A DNA stretch of 64,000 bases from an uncultured Gammaproteobacteria bacterium (GTDB taxonomy: Bacteria; Patescibacteriota; Patescibacteriia; VMEV01; CAYQCH01), in assembly GCA_964503955.1 (NCBI GenBank), contig CAZDCG010000001.1, positions 173,804-237,803 of the forward strand, written 5' to 3'. Of the stretch, positions 19,438 to 29,267 are shown one piece after another. Under the pieces are notes generated by a model, which ran no database searches, had not been told where the DNA came from, and worked only from the letters and a program-made list of their open reading frames with translations. A program made the translations under genes and the position numbers. Numbering within the stretch: the first letter of the stretch is position 1; every line of letters begins with the position of its first letter.

Positions 19438-21485
19438 TTAACTAGCCTGCGTCTCATGCCGCCTTCGGGGATTTCAACAAAAAAAGTCGTCCCTTTATTG
19501 AGTTCGGATGTAAATGAAATTGAAAGGCCAGTCAGGTCCGCAATCATTTTGGTAATGTACAACCCAAGTCCGGTTCCCTCAACTTTTGCCTTGACATTGT
19601 CTGCCCTGAACAACCCTTCAAACACTCTCTGCTGATCTTCTTTAGGGATACCATATCCCGTATCCTCTACAGCAAGAATCGCTCCTCTTCCTTTCTTGTC
19701 AATCCTAATCGTGATCTGCCCTTTTTCCGGCGTATACTTAACCGCGTTGGAGATAATGTTGTTTATGACCGTGGTAAACAAATCAGGATCCAGCATCATC
19801 AGAGGTGTTCGTTCGTCATAGGCAGTGAGCACATCCAATTTCTTCTCCTTGATTTGCAAATCAAATGATGAGAGAACATCTTGGATAAGATCTCTTGCAT
19901 CCAGCAATTCAGCGTGGACATCAATGATTCCACGTTCAAGCTGAACCGACCTCAACATACCCCCTATGATGGCGGCCATTCGTTCTCCTGCCTCCGCAAT
20001 TTTTTTCACAGCTTCTTTTTGCTTTTTAGGAATTTTCCCAAATGTGCCGGACAACAGCATGTCTGAGTACCCGTTAATTGCTGTAATTGGCGTCCGAAGT
20101 TCATGTGAAGCCAGGGAGGCAAACTCTTCTCTGATCCGCAAATAGTCCTTTTCGGCAGTGACATCGCGAAAAACCACAATCGCACCCGTTATTCTCCCGT
20201 CAGCATCAAAGAGAGGGGTGGCGGCATCGCTCACCGGGAGTGTGGAACCATCACGCTTTACAAGCAATATATCCTGCGGCATATCCGAGGGCTTTCCGTA
20301 GAGCATGGTCTCTTCGATAAACGCGATGTTCTCTTGGCGGTCATGTTCATTCACAAAACGCACAAACTCTCTGAAGGGTTTCCCAATAACCTCTTGCAGT
20401 TTCCAGCCGGTCAACTCCGCTGCTTTTGGATTCCAAAGTGTGATGTTCCAAAAACGATCAATCGCAAAAACCGCATCGCCAATGTTTTGGAGATAGGCTT
20501 CATCCCTGCGGTGATATTCTGACATGCGTCTCACCACCCTCAACACAAACAGAGCAAGTACTGTGCCGACCACGATGACAAATCCATTGACGACAAGCAG
20601 AATGAGCGTCGCCCGACTACGCTCTTTGAAAAACGTATCCCGATCATGCTCAAGAACAACCGACCACTCATGCCCCTGTATCGGGACCGTCACAATGACG
20701 GCATCGTTACCTGAAACAGGATCGGTCAATTCATACACGGCATCCTGACGCATCGAAACGTAAGGATGAAACGAGTTGATCTCTGAATTTGCACTCGTGA
20801 TGACGTTGCCTTGCCCGTCGACCAGGTGCATCACGCCATCCTGGTGCTTCTCACTGAGCCATTGTCCGATCCGGCTCGTTTCGAGTTCAAGCACTAGATA
20901 GCCAAGGATCACTTCCGTTTCATGTTCACGAACAGGAACCGTAATCGAGACAACGTTCATTCTTGGTTGCGACAACCTCTGGTACACGCCCGACACAACC
21001 GCCCCCCCCGAGTCAACGGCAAGCTGGAACCAGGGCTGAAAGCTTTTATCTCTGCCGGATATACCGGTTAAGTGCGGAGTATCAACCTTCACCAAGCCTT
21101 CAGGGTCAAGCACCAAAACATGTGTAATATCGGTAAAATCACGGGGAATATCTTGCATAAGCGCGCCGGCATCTTCCCACTCGCCGGTTCTAATCATAGC
21201 CTGAAATTGTCGCCGATTTGCTGCAGAAATCGCTATGGAAGCAACCCTATCCAGATTGCTTTTTACAACGAACGCGTTGGTTCTCATTTGAGCCAGATGC
21301 TGCTCACGAGCGCTCTCAGAAATCCTGACATAAGCATTAGAGGTTGCGAAAAAAAAGACGGCCGTAAGCGGCACAAGAATCAGCATCAAAAAAATCGTTT
21401 CGGCAAAAACACGGCCACGATTAGGCCTGAAAAAATAATGAACAAGCTTATCAAACCAACTGAGTTTTTGGGACATAGTGTCCAC
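19434..21485 (-). CDS. Sensor histidine kinase (TM-Cache-TM-PAS-HisKA-HATPase)
   Basis: SHELRTP, NAVKYT, DTGYGI, GTGLGL; PAS region WNPKAAELTGW. No response regulator in the window. Confidence 0.93.
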   Translation of the reverse strand: MDTMSQKLSWFDKLVHYFFRPNRGRVFAETIFLMLILVPLTAVFFFATSNAYVRISESAREQHLAQMRTNAFVVKSNLDRVASIAISAANRRQFQAMIRTGEWEDAGALMQDIPRDFTDITHVLVLDPEGLVKVDTPHLTGISGRDKSFQPWFQLAVDSGGAVVSGVYQRLSQPRMNVVSITVPVREHETEVILGYLVLELETSRIGQWLSEKHQDGVMHLVDGQGNVITSANSEINSFHPYVSMRQDAVYELTDPVSGNDAVIVTVPIQGHEWSVVLEHDRDTFFKERSRATLILLVVNGFVIVVGTVLALFVLRVVRRMSEYHRRDEAYLQNIGDAVFAIDRFWNITLWNPKAAELTGWKLQEVIGKPFREFVRFVNEHDRQENIAFIEETMLYGKPSDMPQDILLVKRDGSTLPVSDAATPLFDADGRITGAIVVFRDVTAEKDYLRIREEFASLASHELRTPITAINGYSDMLLSGTFGKIPKKQKEAVKKIAEAGERMAAIIGGMLRSVQLERGIIDVHAELLDARDLIQDVLSSFDLQIKEKKLDVLTAYDERTPLMMLDPDLFTTVINNIISNAVKYTPEKGQITIRIDKKGRGAILAVEDTGYGIPKEDQQRVFEGLFRADNVKAKVEGTGLGLYITKMIADLTGLSISFTSELNKGTTFFVEIPEGGMRRRLVN

Positions 21486-21490
21486 GGGTT

Positions 21491-21889
21491 TTATTTTTCT
21501 TTTGGCTCAAAGTTCAAAGCAATTGAGTTGATGCAATAGCGCTGTCCGGTTGTTTCCTGAGGACCGTCGTCAAAGACATGTCCAAGATGGCTGTTGCAAT
21601 TTTTGCAAAGTACTTCGACCCGATGCATACCATGGTTGTCATCAGGCTGCAAAATAACATGCTCCATGTTTTCAGGGCGGTCAAAACTCGGCCAGCCGCT
21701 TCCGGATTCAAATTTCGCATCTGAAGAAAACAATCGTTGCCCGCAGGCTGCGCATTGATACATGCCGTCCCGGTTCTCTTTATAATATTTCCCGCTGAAT
21801 GGAGCTTCCGTGCCTTTCTCCCGCAAAACCTTATATTGCTGCGGGCTGAGTTTTTCGCGGAATTCTTCGTCGGAGCAGACATTTGGCAT
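21491..21889 (-). CDS. msrB: Peptide-methionine (R)-S-oxide reductase
   Basis: GTEAPF, SGSGWPSF, HLGHVFDDGP, RYCINS. Confidence 0.97.
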   Translation of the reverse strand: MPNVCSDEEFREKLSPQQYKVLREKGTEAPFSGKYYKENRDGMYQCAACGQRLFSSDAKFESGSGWPSFDRPENMEHVILQPDDNHGMHRVEVLCKNCNSHLGHVFDDGPQETTGQRYCINSIALNFEPKEK

Positions 21890-21942
21890 ATGAGGCGATG
21901 ATTTCCTTTAGTATAGCGGATACTCCATTGAAACGACAGCGG

Positions 21943-22245
21943 TTATTCTTCGCGGCGCACGAATTTGAAAAAGCGGCTCTCTTCTCCTGATGCAAGCTCC
22001 TCCTGGTATAAAAAGGCAAGATTTCTCGATTCAAAAATGTCAAAAAACTCTTCCCAGGGTATCGGCTCCAGGCTCTCTTCGCCAGCGCCTCCGGGAAAAT
22101 CGATCCTGAGAATCCCTTCTCCTTCCTGTTCGCCAACGCATTTTACTTTCGCAGGGCGGCCGTCTCTGGACTCCACCCAGGCGCGGATTTCATTATGGTC
22201 CGTGGTTGTTTTTGCTTCATGCGGCATAGTAATGGTTGCTACCAT
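21943..22245 (-). CDS. Conserved hypothetical protein (TTTDHNEIRAW type)
   Basis: TTTDHNEIRAWVESRDGRPA...LRIDFPG...IPWEEFF..F..LAFLYQ, a recurrent uncharacterised small protein. Confidence 0.8.
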   Translation of the reverse strand: MVATITMPHEAKTTTDHNEIRAWVESRDGRPAKVKCVGEQEGEGILRIDFPGGAGEESLEPIPWEEFFDIFESRNLAFLYQEELASGEESRFFKFVRREE

Positions 22246-22340
22246 GCCCCCATTCGTTTCCTTTCCTTTTTGCCGTTTGAAGTGTCAAACAATGACGATG
22301 TCTGCAGATACGGGATGAACCGGTATTAGTACGGACGCTT

Positions 22341-22946
22341 ATGGACGAAGCAAAGGCATCCGCGCTCAGACAAATTGCCGAGGAGCTGAAATCCTCTCCC
22401 TGTCCGCTTCGAAGGAAGGGAGTTGTTCCCGTTGCCGGAGAAGGCAACCCGGATGCTGACGTGCTCTTTCTTGGCGAAGCTCCTGGCAGAGCGGAAAATG
22501 AACAAGGACGGCCATTTGTCGGGGCGGCAGGCAAGATCTTTGACGATTTGCTGCGAGTGGCAGGGCTTTTACGGACAGATGTTTTTATCACAAGCATTGA
22601 AAAATTCCACCCTCCTCAAAACCGCGCTCCGACGCGAAACGAAATCGCCGCCTGCCTTCCCTACCTTCAATCGCAAATCGCGATCATCAAGCCGACCCTG
22701 ATTGTGACCCTTGGCAGGCATGCATTGCAAGTCATGCTTGAATGGGACGGCGAACCGATTCCGCTCCCCTCTATGGACCTGATGCATGGCAAAATAATTC
22801 TGCTTTCCTCGGGATTGACTTGCTATGCCGTTCATCACCCGGCAGCTGTTTTGCACCAGAGAAAGCTTAAGCCGCTGCTGGAACAGGATTTCGCTCGCAT
22901 TCCAAAAATCGTTGCCTCGCTGACGCATATTTCATCCGACGTATGA
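22341..22946 (+). CDS. Uracil-DNA glycosylase, family 4
   Basis: GEAPG..E..QGRPFVGAAG, NRAP, TLGR, HPAA. Confidence 0.93.
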   Translation: MDEAKASALRQIAEELKSSPCPLRRKGVVPVAGEGNPDADVLFLGEAPGRAENEQGRPFVGAAGKIFDDLLRVAGLLRTDVFITSIEKFHPPQNRAPTRNEIAACLPYLQSQIAIIKPTLIVTLGRHALQVMLEWDGEPIPLPSMDLMHGKIILLSSGLTCYAVHHPAAVLHQRKLKPLLEQDFARIPKIVASLTHISSDV

Positions 22947-23689
22947 AGATTCCCGCTTGGAAAACGCGTATTCATATCGGCACATCAGGATGGAATTATG
23001 CAGACTGGAAAGGCACATTCTATCCCGGCGGACTGCCGCAAAAATCCTGGCTGGCCCACTATGCGCGAACCTTTCAGACCGTCGAAATAAACGCGACATT
23101 TTACCGAATCCCTTCAAAGAACGTTATCCGCTCATGGAAACAAGCCGTGCCGGAACAGTTTATTTTTTCCTGCAAAGCGCATCGCATGACCACGCATGTC
23201 AAAAAATTGCGAAGCCCAAAAGAAACCATCAAGCCGTATCTTTCTGTCATCAGGGGTTTACGGCCGAAGCTCGGCCCCATTCTGATTCAGCTTCCTCCAA
23301 GCCTGAAACATAACCAACAGCGGCTGGATCAATGTTTGCGCGCCCTGCCCAAAAACCACCGCTTTGCATTCGAGTTTAGAAATCCAAGCTGGTTTAACAA
23401 TGAAGTACGCGCATCATTGCAAAAGCATCACTGCGCATTTGTGATCTACCACATGGCAGGCCAGAAAACGCCGCATTGGGTGACAACCGACTTTGTTTAT
23501 ATTCGGATGCACGGCGCTTCAGGAAAATACCAGGGTAAATATCAGAAGCGGGATCTAGGCAAATGGGCCGAGCGCATACAGCAATGGGCCAAAACAAAAA
23601 AAGATGTCTATTGCTACTTTAATAATGACCCGCATGCCCATGCGCCCATAAACGCGCAGGAACTCAAACAGCTGCTTGGAATCGCTTAA
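22943..23689 (+). CDS. DUF72 (YecE-like) protein
   Basis: IGTSGWNY, TVEINATFY, QLPPS, EFRNPSW, YIRMHG, YFNND. Confidence 0.93.
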   Translation: MKIPAWKTRIHIGTSGWNYADWKGTFYPGGLPQKSWLAHYARTFQTVEINATFYRIPSKNVIRSWKQAVPEQFIFSCKAHRMTTHVKKLRSPKETIKPYLSVIRGLRPKLGPILIQLPPSLKHNQQRLDQCLRALPKNHRFAFEFRNPSWFNNEVRASLQKHHCAFVIYHMAGQKTPHWVTTDFVYIRMHGASGKYQGKYQKRDLGKWAERIQQWAKTKKDVYCYFNNDPHAHAPINAQELKQLLGIA

Positions 23690-24513
23690 GTAAGGAAAAG
23701 CATGGATCTTGAACTCACTCGTATCTGCAGCTTATTGCTTTGCACCGAAATGCCGTCAAATGTCATTGGCAGCGGCAAGGACGACTGAACAAGCAGAGAG
23801 TCGATTTCTATGGCGGGCATTCCATTCACGCCCTCTTGTATTTGCCGTACATAGTCTCGCAAAAGCGACAACATCCCTCCTTCATGGATATGCAGGCAAA
23901 GCTTCTCAGCCCCCGCATCCATTAGAAACGCGGATAATTCCTGCCCATGCAATCGCACCCAGGCCATTCCGCAGGATCCGGTTACCGTCACGGAATTCCG
24001 CCGCAAAGCCGCGCGGCACTTTCGTGCAAACGTTGATTCGTTCGTCAGCATATGCATGCATTTAGGAGCCCAGCCGATTCTCAGGCTTGAGATGAAATAT
24101 CCATGCTGGCTTTCTCCCTGAAACTCGCCTAAAAACACGCGCTCAGGTTTTGGCTGCATGAGCCTTGCCACAGCTTGCTCAATATCTTTTGAAATACCGA
24201 GCCGCTTAACCGAGTGCATCACGCTGCCGCATGGCAAAATCCCGACAGGACCGCAATCAAAAGGAAGGCCATTGACCACCTCATGCAATGTTCCGTCCCC
24301 GCCTGCCACCAATACGCCTTTGTAGCGGCCTCCTTCGTTGCGCGCCACATCCGTGGTATCCTGCCGAGATTTCGTGACGACCGCCCGCACATTCAGCGCG
24401 TGCTTTTTACAAAGCACAAGCAGGTCAGGAAGCAGCACGCGGCAGGTTCGAGAAAGCAAAAAACGTTTCCTGCCGGCTTTGGGATTATAAATCAGCAGAT
24501 AAGAGGATTTCAT
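23686..24513 (-). CDS. Diacylglycerol/lipid kinase family protein (degenerate)
   Basis: IYNPKAG, AGGDGTLHEVVNG, GILPCGS. The usual GT.ND motif is altered and the C-terminal domain is short. Confidence 0.7.
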   Translation of the reverse strand: MKSSYLLIYNPKAGRKRFLLSRTCRVLLPDLLVLCKKHALNVRAVVTKSRQDTTDVARNEGGRYKGVLVAGGDGTLHEVVNGLPFDCGPVGILPCGSVMHSVKRLGISKDIEQAVARLMQPKPERVFLGEFQGESQHGYFISSLRIGWAPKCMHMLTNESTFARKCRAALRRNSVTVTGSCGMAWVRLHGQELSAFLMDAGAEKLCLHIHEGGMLSLLRDYVRQIQEGVNGMPAIEIDSLLVQSSLPLPMTFDGISVQSNKLQIRVSSRSMLFLT

Positions 24514-24555
24514 ATCTCCTACATACCCCCTCACCAGCAAGTCTCTCTCAACAGC

Positions 24556-24747
24556 TCACTTTGCATGTCCGCGCTGCTTATGGTGTTTCATCACCGTGCG
24601 CGCAGCCACCTCTTTTTCCCTTCCTTTATACCGCCCGGTTTTTCTCGCACTGTTCTTTATATGTTCATACTCCCGCTGCTCCTTTTTGCTCAGGCTGGCT
24701 ATGGGATTGTTTCGTTTGGATGGCTTTGATCGTGATTGTTTTGGCAT
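24556..24747 (-). CDS. Small basic conserved hypothetical protein
   Basis: KEQREYEHIKNSA...EVAARTVMK, a recurrent motif of small stress-cluster proteins. Confidence 0.75.
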   Translation of the reverse strand: MPKQSRSKPSKRNNPIASLSKKEQREYEHIKNSARKTGRYKGREKEVAARTVMKHHKQRGHAK

Positions 24748-24813
24748 AACCACCCGTATATACACCAAATGATCTTAGAACATCCTGCAAAATGAGCTGT
24801 ATTAGAGATTGAT

Positions 24814-25296
24814 ATGAAATGGCTTTACCTCATCATTCCATTGCTGGCTTTAACTCCTCTTTCAGAGGTTTTTGCCCACTCTGGGAGCAGCTGCGGTTCT
24901 TGCAGCGGATACGGCGGATATCCTGATTATGGGCGCTACGCGAATATTCCAAGATATGGCGGCTATTACCCAGGATACGGAGGGTATCCTCGCCACGGCG
25001 GGTATCCTGGATATGGCTACTATGGGTATCTCCCCCGGTTCGGTGAACAGTACGAAGGAGATTTCCGCCGCGGACAGGGTTCAGATTTCTTCTTTGATGA
25101 TCGCCTAGACCAGTTCAATCGTTCAAATCTCCGCTTTGATCCCTACCGGGGATTTAAAGGGTTTGATCCAAGACCGATTGACGGATTTCAGCATGACCGG
25201 CTTGACCGCTATAACTATCTTTACCAGCCTCAGGAAATTTATCAGGGATTTAAAGGGTTTGAACGGAGCTTTGGCCGTTTCCCCGGAGACCGCTAG
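24814..25296 (+). CDS. Secreted Gly/Tyr-rich low-complexity protein
   Basis: Signal peptide ending VFA; YGGYP-type repeats; duplicated DRLD...YxGFKGF unit. Confidence 0.7.
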   Translation: MKWLYLIIPLLALTPLSEVFAHSGSSCGSCSGYGGYPDYGRYANIPRYGGYYPGYGGYPRHGGYPGYGYYGYLPRFGEQYEGDFRRGQGSDFFFDDRLDQFNRSNLRFDPYRGFKGFDPRPIDGFQHDRLDRYNYLYQPQEIYQGFKGFERSFGRFPGDR

Positions 25297-25299
25297 TGT

Positions 25300-25782
25300 A
25301 TGAAAAAGCAAATCTTTTTTTTGATCGCACCGTTCCTCGCTCTGCCGGGGCTCAGCCAGGCTCAATCTCCGTATGGGCCTCCATACAACCCGTCTTATCC
25401 AGCTGACATCCCCATCAACGGGGAGCCTTCATACCAGCAGAATCCTTACGAGCAAACCCCATGCAGCGAAACGAGGGATACCTATACGCCGCGGCCAAGA
25501 GATGTCTATTACCCAAACCAGGGATTGCCGGACGGTGACGATCTTTTCCGCAACCCCGAAGAATTTGTCAGGCGCAGAAACGAATATTATCGAGCGAATC
25601 CCCACGTACCAGGCGATGGTTTTTTCGTGCCGGAAGAGCAACCCCCTTACCGCAGGCATCCGCAGCTTCCTCCTCCGCATTTCTACCCGCAGGACCCTTG
25701 GCAGCCGCAGCCGTATCCGCCACTTCCGCCGCCTCGCTTCTGTTGTTTCCTGATGCCTCCCGGCTATCAGCAGCCGTACTGA
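25300..25782 (+). CDS. Secreted Pro/Tyr/Gln-rich low-complexity protein
   Basis: Signal peptide ending SQA; PY/PP-rich; starts 3 nt after the previous stop. Confidence 0.7.
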   Translation: MKKQIFFLIAPFLALPGLSQAQSPYGPPYNPSYPADIPINGEPSYQQNPYEQTPCSETRDTYTPRPRDVYYPNQGLPDGDDLFRNPEEFVRRRNEYYRANPHVPGDGFFVPEEQPPYRRHPQLPPPHFYPQDPWQPQPYPPLPPPRFCCFLMPPGYQQPY

Positions 25783-25793
25783 CCGCGAAAATC

Positions 25794-25821
25794 TTGACAA
25801 AACGCCAAAATATGCTATACT
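25794..25821 (+). promoter_or_regulatory. Strong sigma70 promoter of the RRM gene
   Basis: TTGACA-16-(TG)TATACT. Confidence 0.7.
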
Positions 25822-25899
25822 CCGAGCGTTACCTTACCTGTTTTGTTTCATGACAAATGGGGATGGTGCTCTTTATTATTAAGCAAGACTCCTCTTGTT

Positions 25900-26151
25900 A
25901 TGCAAAACAAGTTGTTCGTCGGTGGCCTTCCATGGTCTACAACCGACCAGGAGCTTCAGGACCTCTTCGCCCAGCACGGGCAGGTGGTTTCTGCACGCGT
26001 TGTAACCGACCGTGAAACCGGAAAAAGCCGAGGCTTTGGTTTCGTGGAAATGGCTTCAGACGCAGAAGCTCAGACAGCTATCGACGCACTGGACGGCAGC
26101 GAAGCGCTCGGACGAGCGATTTCTGTCAACGTTGCTCGACCAAAAGCGTAA
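25900..26151 (+). CDS. RRM RNA-binding protein
   Basis: RNP2 LFVGGL and RNP1 RGFGFVEM. Confidence 0.96.
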   Translation: MQNKLFVGGLPWSTTDQELQDLFAQHGQVVSARVVTDRETGKSRGFGFVEMASDAEAQTAIDALDGSEALGRAISVNVARPKA

Positions 26152-26173
26152 ACGGCTTTGGTAAGATAGCAGG

Positions 26174-26204
26174 AAAAAACCGTCCCATTCGGGGCGGTTT
26201 TTTC
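26174..26204 (+). terminator. Intrinsic terminator
   Basis: AAAAACCGTCCC-ATTC-GGGGCGGTTTTTT. Confidence 0.8.
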
Positions 26205-26314
26205 ATTGGCTTTTTGTCTCGCTTTGATGACAAAACCTTCTTGTGCGCGGCCGTGTCTGCAAACATTTCCTTAAAGCTTCTGTAATGAGAATCAGAAGTG
26301 GAGGACCAACTCTT

Positions 26315-26773
26315 ATGAACAAGAAAGATATTCTTGCGTTAATCAAACGTGATCATGAGGATGTCCAGGAACTCTTTGAAAAGCTCTCAGAGGAAACTGA
26401 CAAAGAAACCGCTTATGACCGGTTCAGTCTGCTCAAGCAAATGCTTCTCGCACATACGATCGGTGAAGAAAAAACCGTTTACCAGCGGCTCGAACAAGAC
26501 ACATCCGACGAGATTCGTGAATACAAACAAGAACACGGCGAGGCGGAGGAATTGCTTAATGAAATGGAGAATGCGGCCCCGCTCTCGGAAGAATGGCAAG
26601 ACAATCTGGATGAGCTGAAACAAATCGTGCTGCATCATGTGCAGGAAGAAGAGGGGGAATTCTTCAAACGCGTGGAAGACCTCTGCGACGAAAAAGAGCG
26701 CCAAGAGCTGGGCGAGCAATTCGAGCAGGAAAAAGAAACATTCAAATCAAATATGAAAGAAGTTGAATCTTAA
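26315..26773 (+). CDS. Hemerythrin/HHE cation-binding domain protein
   Basis: DH, HTIGEE..VY, EH, HHVQEEE motifs. Confidence 0.9.
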   Translation: MNKKDILALIKRDHEDVQELFEKLSEETDKETAYDRFSLLKQMLLAHTIGEEKTVYQRLEQDTSDEIREYKQEHGEAEELLNEMENAAPLSEEWQDNLDELKQIVLHHVQEEEGEFFKRVEDLCDEKERQELGEQFEQEKETFKSNMKEVES

Positions 26774-26782
26774 CCCCTGCCT

Positions 26783-27226
26783 ATGAGAAACGGAAACGGA
26801 GCAACACTTGTCGCCTGGATCGCACTGGTCGTGGCCGTCATCGCCCTGATCGTTGGCTGGAGCGCCTATGCACGAGGAGATCAAAGCATCCGCCGGTACG
26901 CCCAGGATCAGTTCAACAGCTGGGACAACCGGTTTGATTCCTGGCAGGCGGACATGGCTTTGCGCGGCGCCGCAGAGGATTTACGCGACATCCGCCGCGC
27001 GATTGAAAATGAGGACGATCAACAAGACATACAGGAAGATATGGACGACCTGCGGGATGATCTCAGAGATGTCGCGGCTGATCTTGAGGGAGATGAAGCG
27101 CAGCCGGTCAGAGAAATCGAACAAGGCGTTCTGGAATTGGCCGGGCAATGGAAACAAGATGCGCAGCAGGCAATTTCCCGGATCGATCAGCTGCTGCAAG
27201 ACATTGACCGCGCGCTTGCCCGGTAA
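26783..27226 (+). CDS. Membrane-anchored acidic helical hypothetical protein
   Basis: N-terminal TM, then acidic amphipathic helices. Confidence 0.75.
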   Translation: MRNGNGATLVAWIALVVAVIALIVGWSAYARGDQSIRRYAQDQFNSWDNRFDSWQADMALRGAAEDLRDIRRAIENEDDQQDIQEDMDDLRDDLRDVAADLEGDEAQPVREIEQGVLELAGQWKQDAQQAISRIDQLLQDIDRALAR

Positions 27227-27255
27227 AAAACATCGCCCCGCAAGGGCGATGTTTT
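27226..27255. terminator. Bidirectional terminator
   Basis: AAAACATCGCCC-CGCAA-GGGCGATGTTTT between convergent genes. Confidence 0.8.
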
Positions 27256-27281
27256 GGTTATTGAAAGAGAGCAGAACGATG

Positions 27282-28790
27282 TTAGAGTACCCGCAAGATC
27301 AGAGCAAGCAGAATCATAAGCGCGCACCACGCGGCCGTCTTCCAACCGGAAAACAAAATTCGTTTCAGCCGGTCTGCGGGCCTATTATCAAGCTGCTGTT
27401 CACCTGGCAGCGAACAGCGCAAATCCACCGGATCGAAAATACTTGGATCGATTTGTTCCCCATTCACCATCTGCGAAATACGGAAACTGCCATAAACGGA
27501 AGGAAGAATGCCCACCCCATTGCATCCCAGATTATACATCAAAACCGGGTTGCAGCTCTCCGGTCCAACGCAGCGTATCCCATTTGGCGTATATCCCATC
27601 AGACCATGCCATAAATGCGTAAACCGCAATGTTTTTCCCGCATGGCGATAGGTTTTTGCCACAAATTTTTCGATCATTTTCTTCGCCTCTTCAGGATAGG
27701 GATGCTCGCGGCGATACCCGGTACTGTCATCCATATGCGATTCGGGTCCGCCAATACAGACAAGCCCTTTCTCCGGCGAAGCTGTAGGTCTGCGCGTTAA
27801 ATAGTAATAGGGTTCGCTGTCATAAGCGCCGGTCATATCGGAAAGATGCGTGGGAAGGTAGCTGATCGCCGTTGGCGCCATTTGCGGCGTCTCTTCAAAT
27901 GCGGCCATGTAGCCGATAGATCCGCGTACCAGATGATGGAATTTTACGTCGATATTGGCACCGGCATGATTCTGAATGGTGAAATTCTCAAATCCGTTGG
28001 TGCACAGCACGATTCTCTTGGCCCTGGCCCGCAACGATGCCGCTTCAAGAATTCCATAACGTTTATAGAGAGCGATCTTGTTCACATGCGTATGCTCCGT
28101 GAGCATGAGCCGGCCGGAATACCGTTCAAGCAGTTTGCGCACGACTTCTTCTGAGAATTTCGCGCTATTCATGCACCCTTTCCTTGAAGAAAGCGCTGCG
28201 ATGTAATGCTTGTCCTTTGTCTGCAGCACATCCATCAATGACTTGCTTGAAATAACCGTATAAAACCGCTTATACGAAGCCGGGATAGCTGCTTTTTTGA
28301 TAAAAGCATCGGAAACATAAATCATTTCCGGCCTCCCGCCAGCGCTCGCCTTTTTCTTTTTCTCTTTAAGACGGTCAAGCAATTCTTCTTTGTCGACAAT
28401 GCCTGCATAGCCGTTAAAGACATGGCACTCCGTTTCAAGCCGCAAATCAGCGCGGATATCAGCCAGCAAATCCCAGGAGGATTTTACAAGCTCTTCCCCC
28501 TCAACCGCCATTTTCAACCCGAATTCGCTGACGATTTCTGCAAACGGCTTTTCAAAATAGCTTGCGATCTGCCCGGCATTATGCCCCGTGGCGCCATGTG
28601 CCACGCGACCGGATTCAACCAGCAGGATGTTTTTGTTCGTCCGTGTGAGCAAAAAGTAGGCGGTTGTTACTCCCGCGATCCCCGCGCCGATAACGGCAAC
28701 ATCGCAATGATGGCTGCCAAATAGCTGCCGCTTTGCCCGCTTGCGGTCAAGCTGTTCTAGCCATGGAGATTGTGTTTTTGTCTTCTGCAT
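27282..28790 (-). CDS. FAD-dependent oxidoreductase (DAO/PuuB-like) with a C-terminal TM
   Basis: DVAVIGAGIAG, GATGHNAG, WHGLMGYT, GCNGVG. Confidence 0.88.
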   Translation of the reverse strand: MQKTKTQSPWLEQLDRKRAKRQLFGSHHCDVAVIGAGIAGVTTAYFLLTRTNKNILLVESGRVAHGATGHNAGQIASYFEKPFAEIVSEFGLKMAVEGEELVKSSWDLLADIRADLRLETECHVFNGYAGIVDKEELLDRLKEKKKKASAGGRPEMIYVSDAFIKKAAIPASYKRFYTVISSKSLMDVLQTKDKHYIAALSSRKGCMNSAKFSEEVVRKLLERYSGRLMLTEHTHVNKIALYKRYGILEAASLRARAKRIVLCTNGFENFTIQNHAGANIDVKFHHLVRGSIGYMAAFEETPQMAPTAISYLPTHLSDMTGAYDSEPYYYLTRRPTASPEKGLVCIGGPESHMDDSTGYRREHPYPEEAKKMIEKFVAKTYRHAGKTLRFTHLWHGLMGYTPNGIRCVGPESCNPVLMYNLGCNGVGILPSVYGSFRISQMVNGEQIDPSIFDPVDLRCSLPGEQQLDNRPADRLKRILFSGWKTAAWCALMILLALILRVL

Positions 28791-28870
28791 GAAAACAGTA
28801 TAGCAAATACTGATCTTTGCTATCACTCACTTCCCCTCTGCTTGGCAAAAACAACAGCAATGACGGCCGC

Positions 28871-28899
28871 TTGACATATATCCGTAACGGATACATGAT
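28871..28899 (+). promoter_or_regulatory. Promoter with PadR-type operator; transcript probably near-leaderless
   Basis: TTGACA-17-CATGAT with palindrome TATCCGT-A-ACGGATA (28879-28893) in the spacer; ATG at 28908. Confidence 0.7.
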
Positions 28900-28907
28900 C
28901 CTTTCAT

Positions 28908-29267
28908 ATGAAACCACCATCAAGTTCGCCTCTCACGCCCGCCGTGCTGCACATTCTGCTTGCACTTTCCACGCAGGAGCGCCATGGCTATGGAATCATG
29001 AAACAGACCGAGATTGATTCTCAAGGCAAAGTAAAGATGGGACCCGGCACACTCTATGGATCTCTTGGACGCATGATCGAGGCCGGCTTGATCAGCGAAA
29101 GCGGAAAAAAACGTGATCCTGACATGGACGACGAACGTCGCGTCTACTACAGAATCACCGCGCTTGGCCAGCAGGCGCTCAATGCGGAGCTTGACCGCTA
29201 TCGCAGAGTAGTCGCCGTTGCTAAACAAAAGCGTCTTTCACCAAAATCTCTGGCCTATGCAGCATAG
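28908..29267 (+). CDS. PadR family regulator
   Basis: ILLAL..ERHGYGIM, GPGTLYGSL, RRVYYRIT. Confidence 0.95.
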   Translation: MKPPSSSPLTPAVLHILLALSTQERHGYGIMKQTEIDSQGKVKMGPGTLYGSLGRMIEAGLISESGKKRDPDMDDERRVYYRITALGQQALNAELDRYRRVVAVAKQKRLSPKSLAYAA

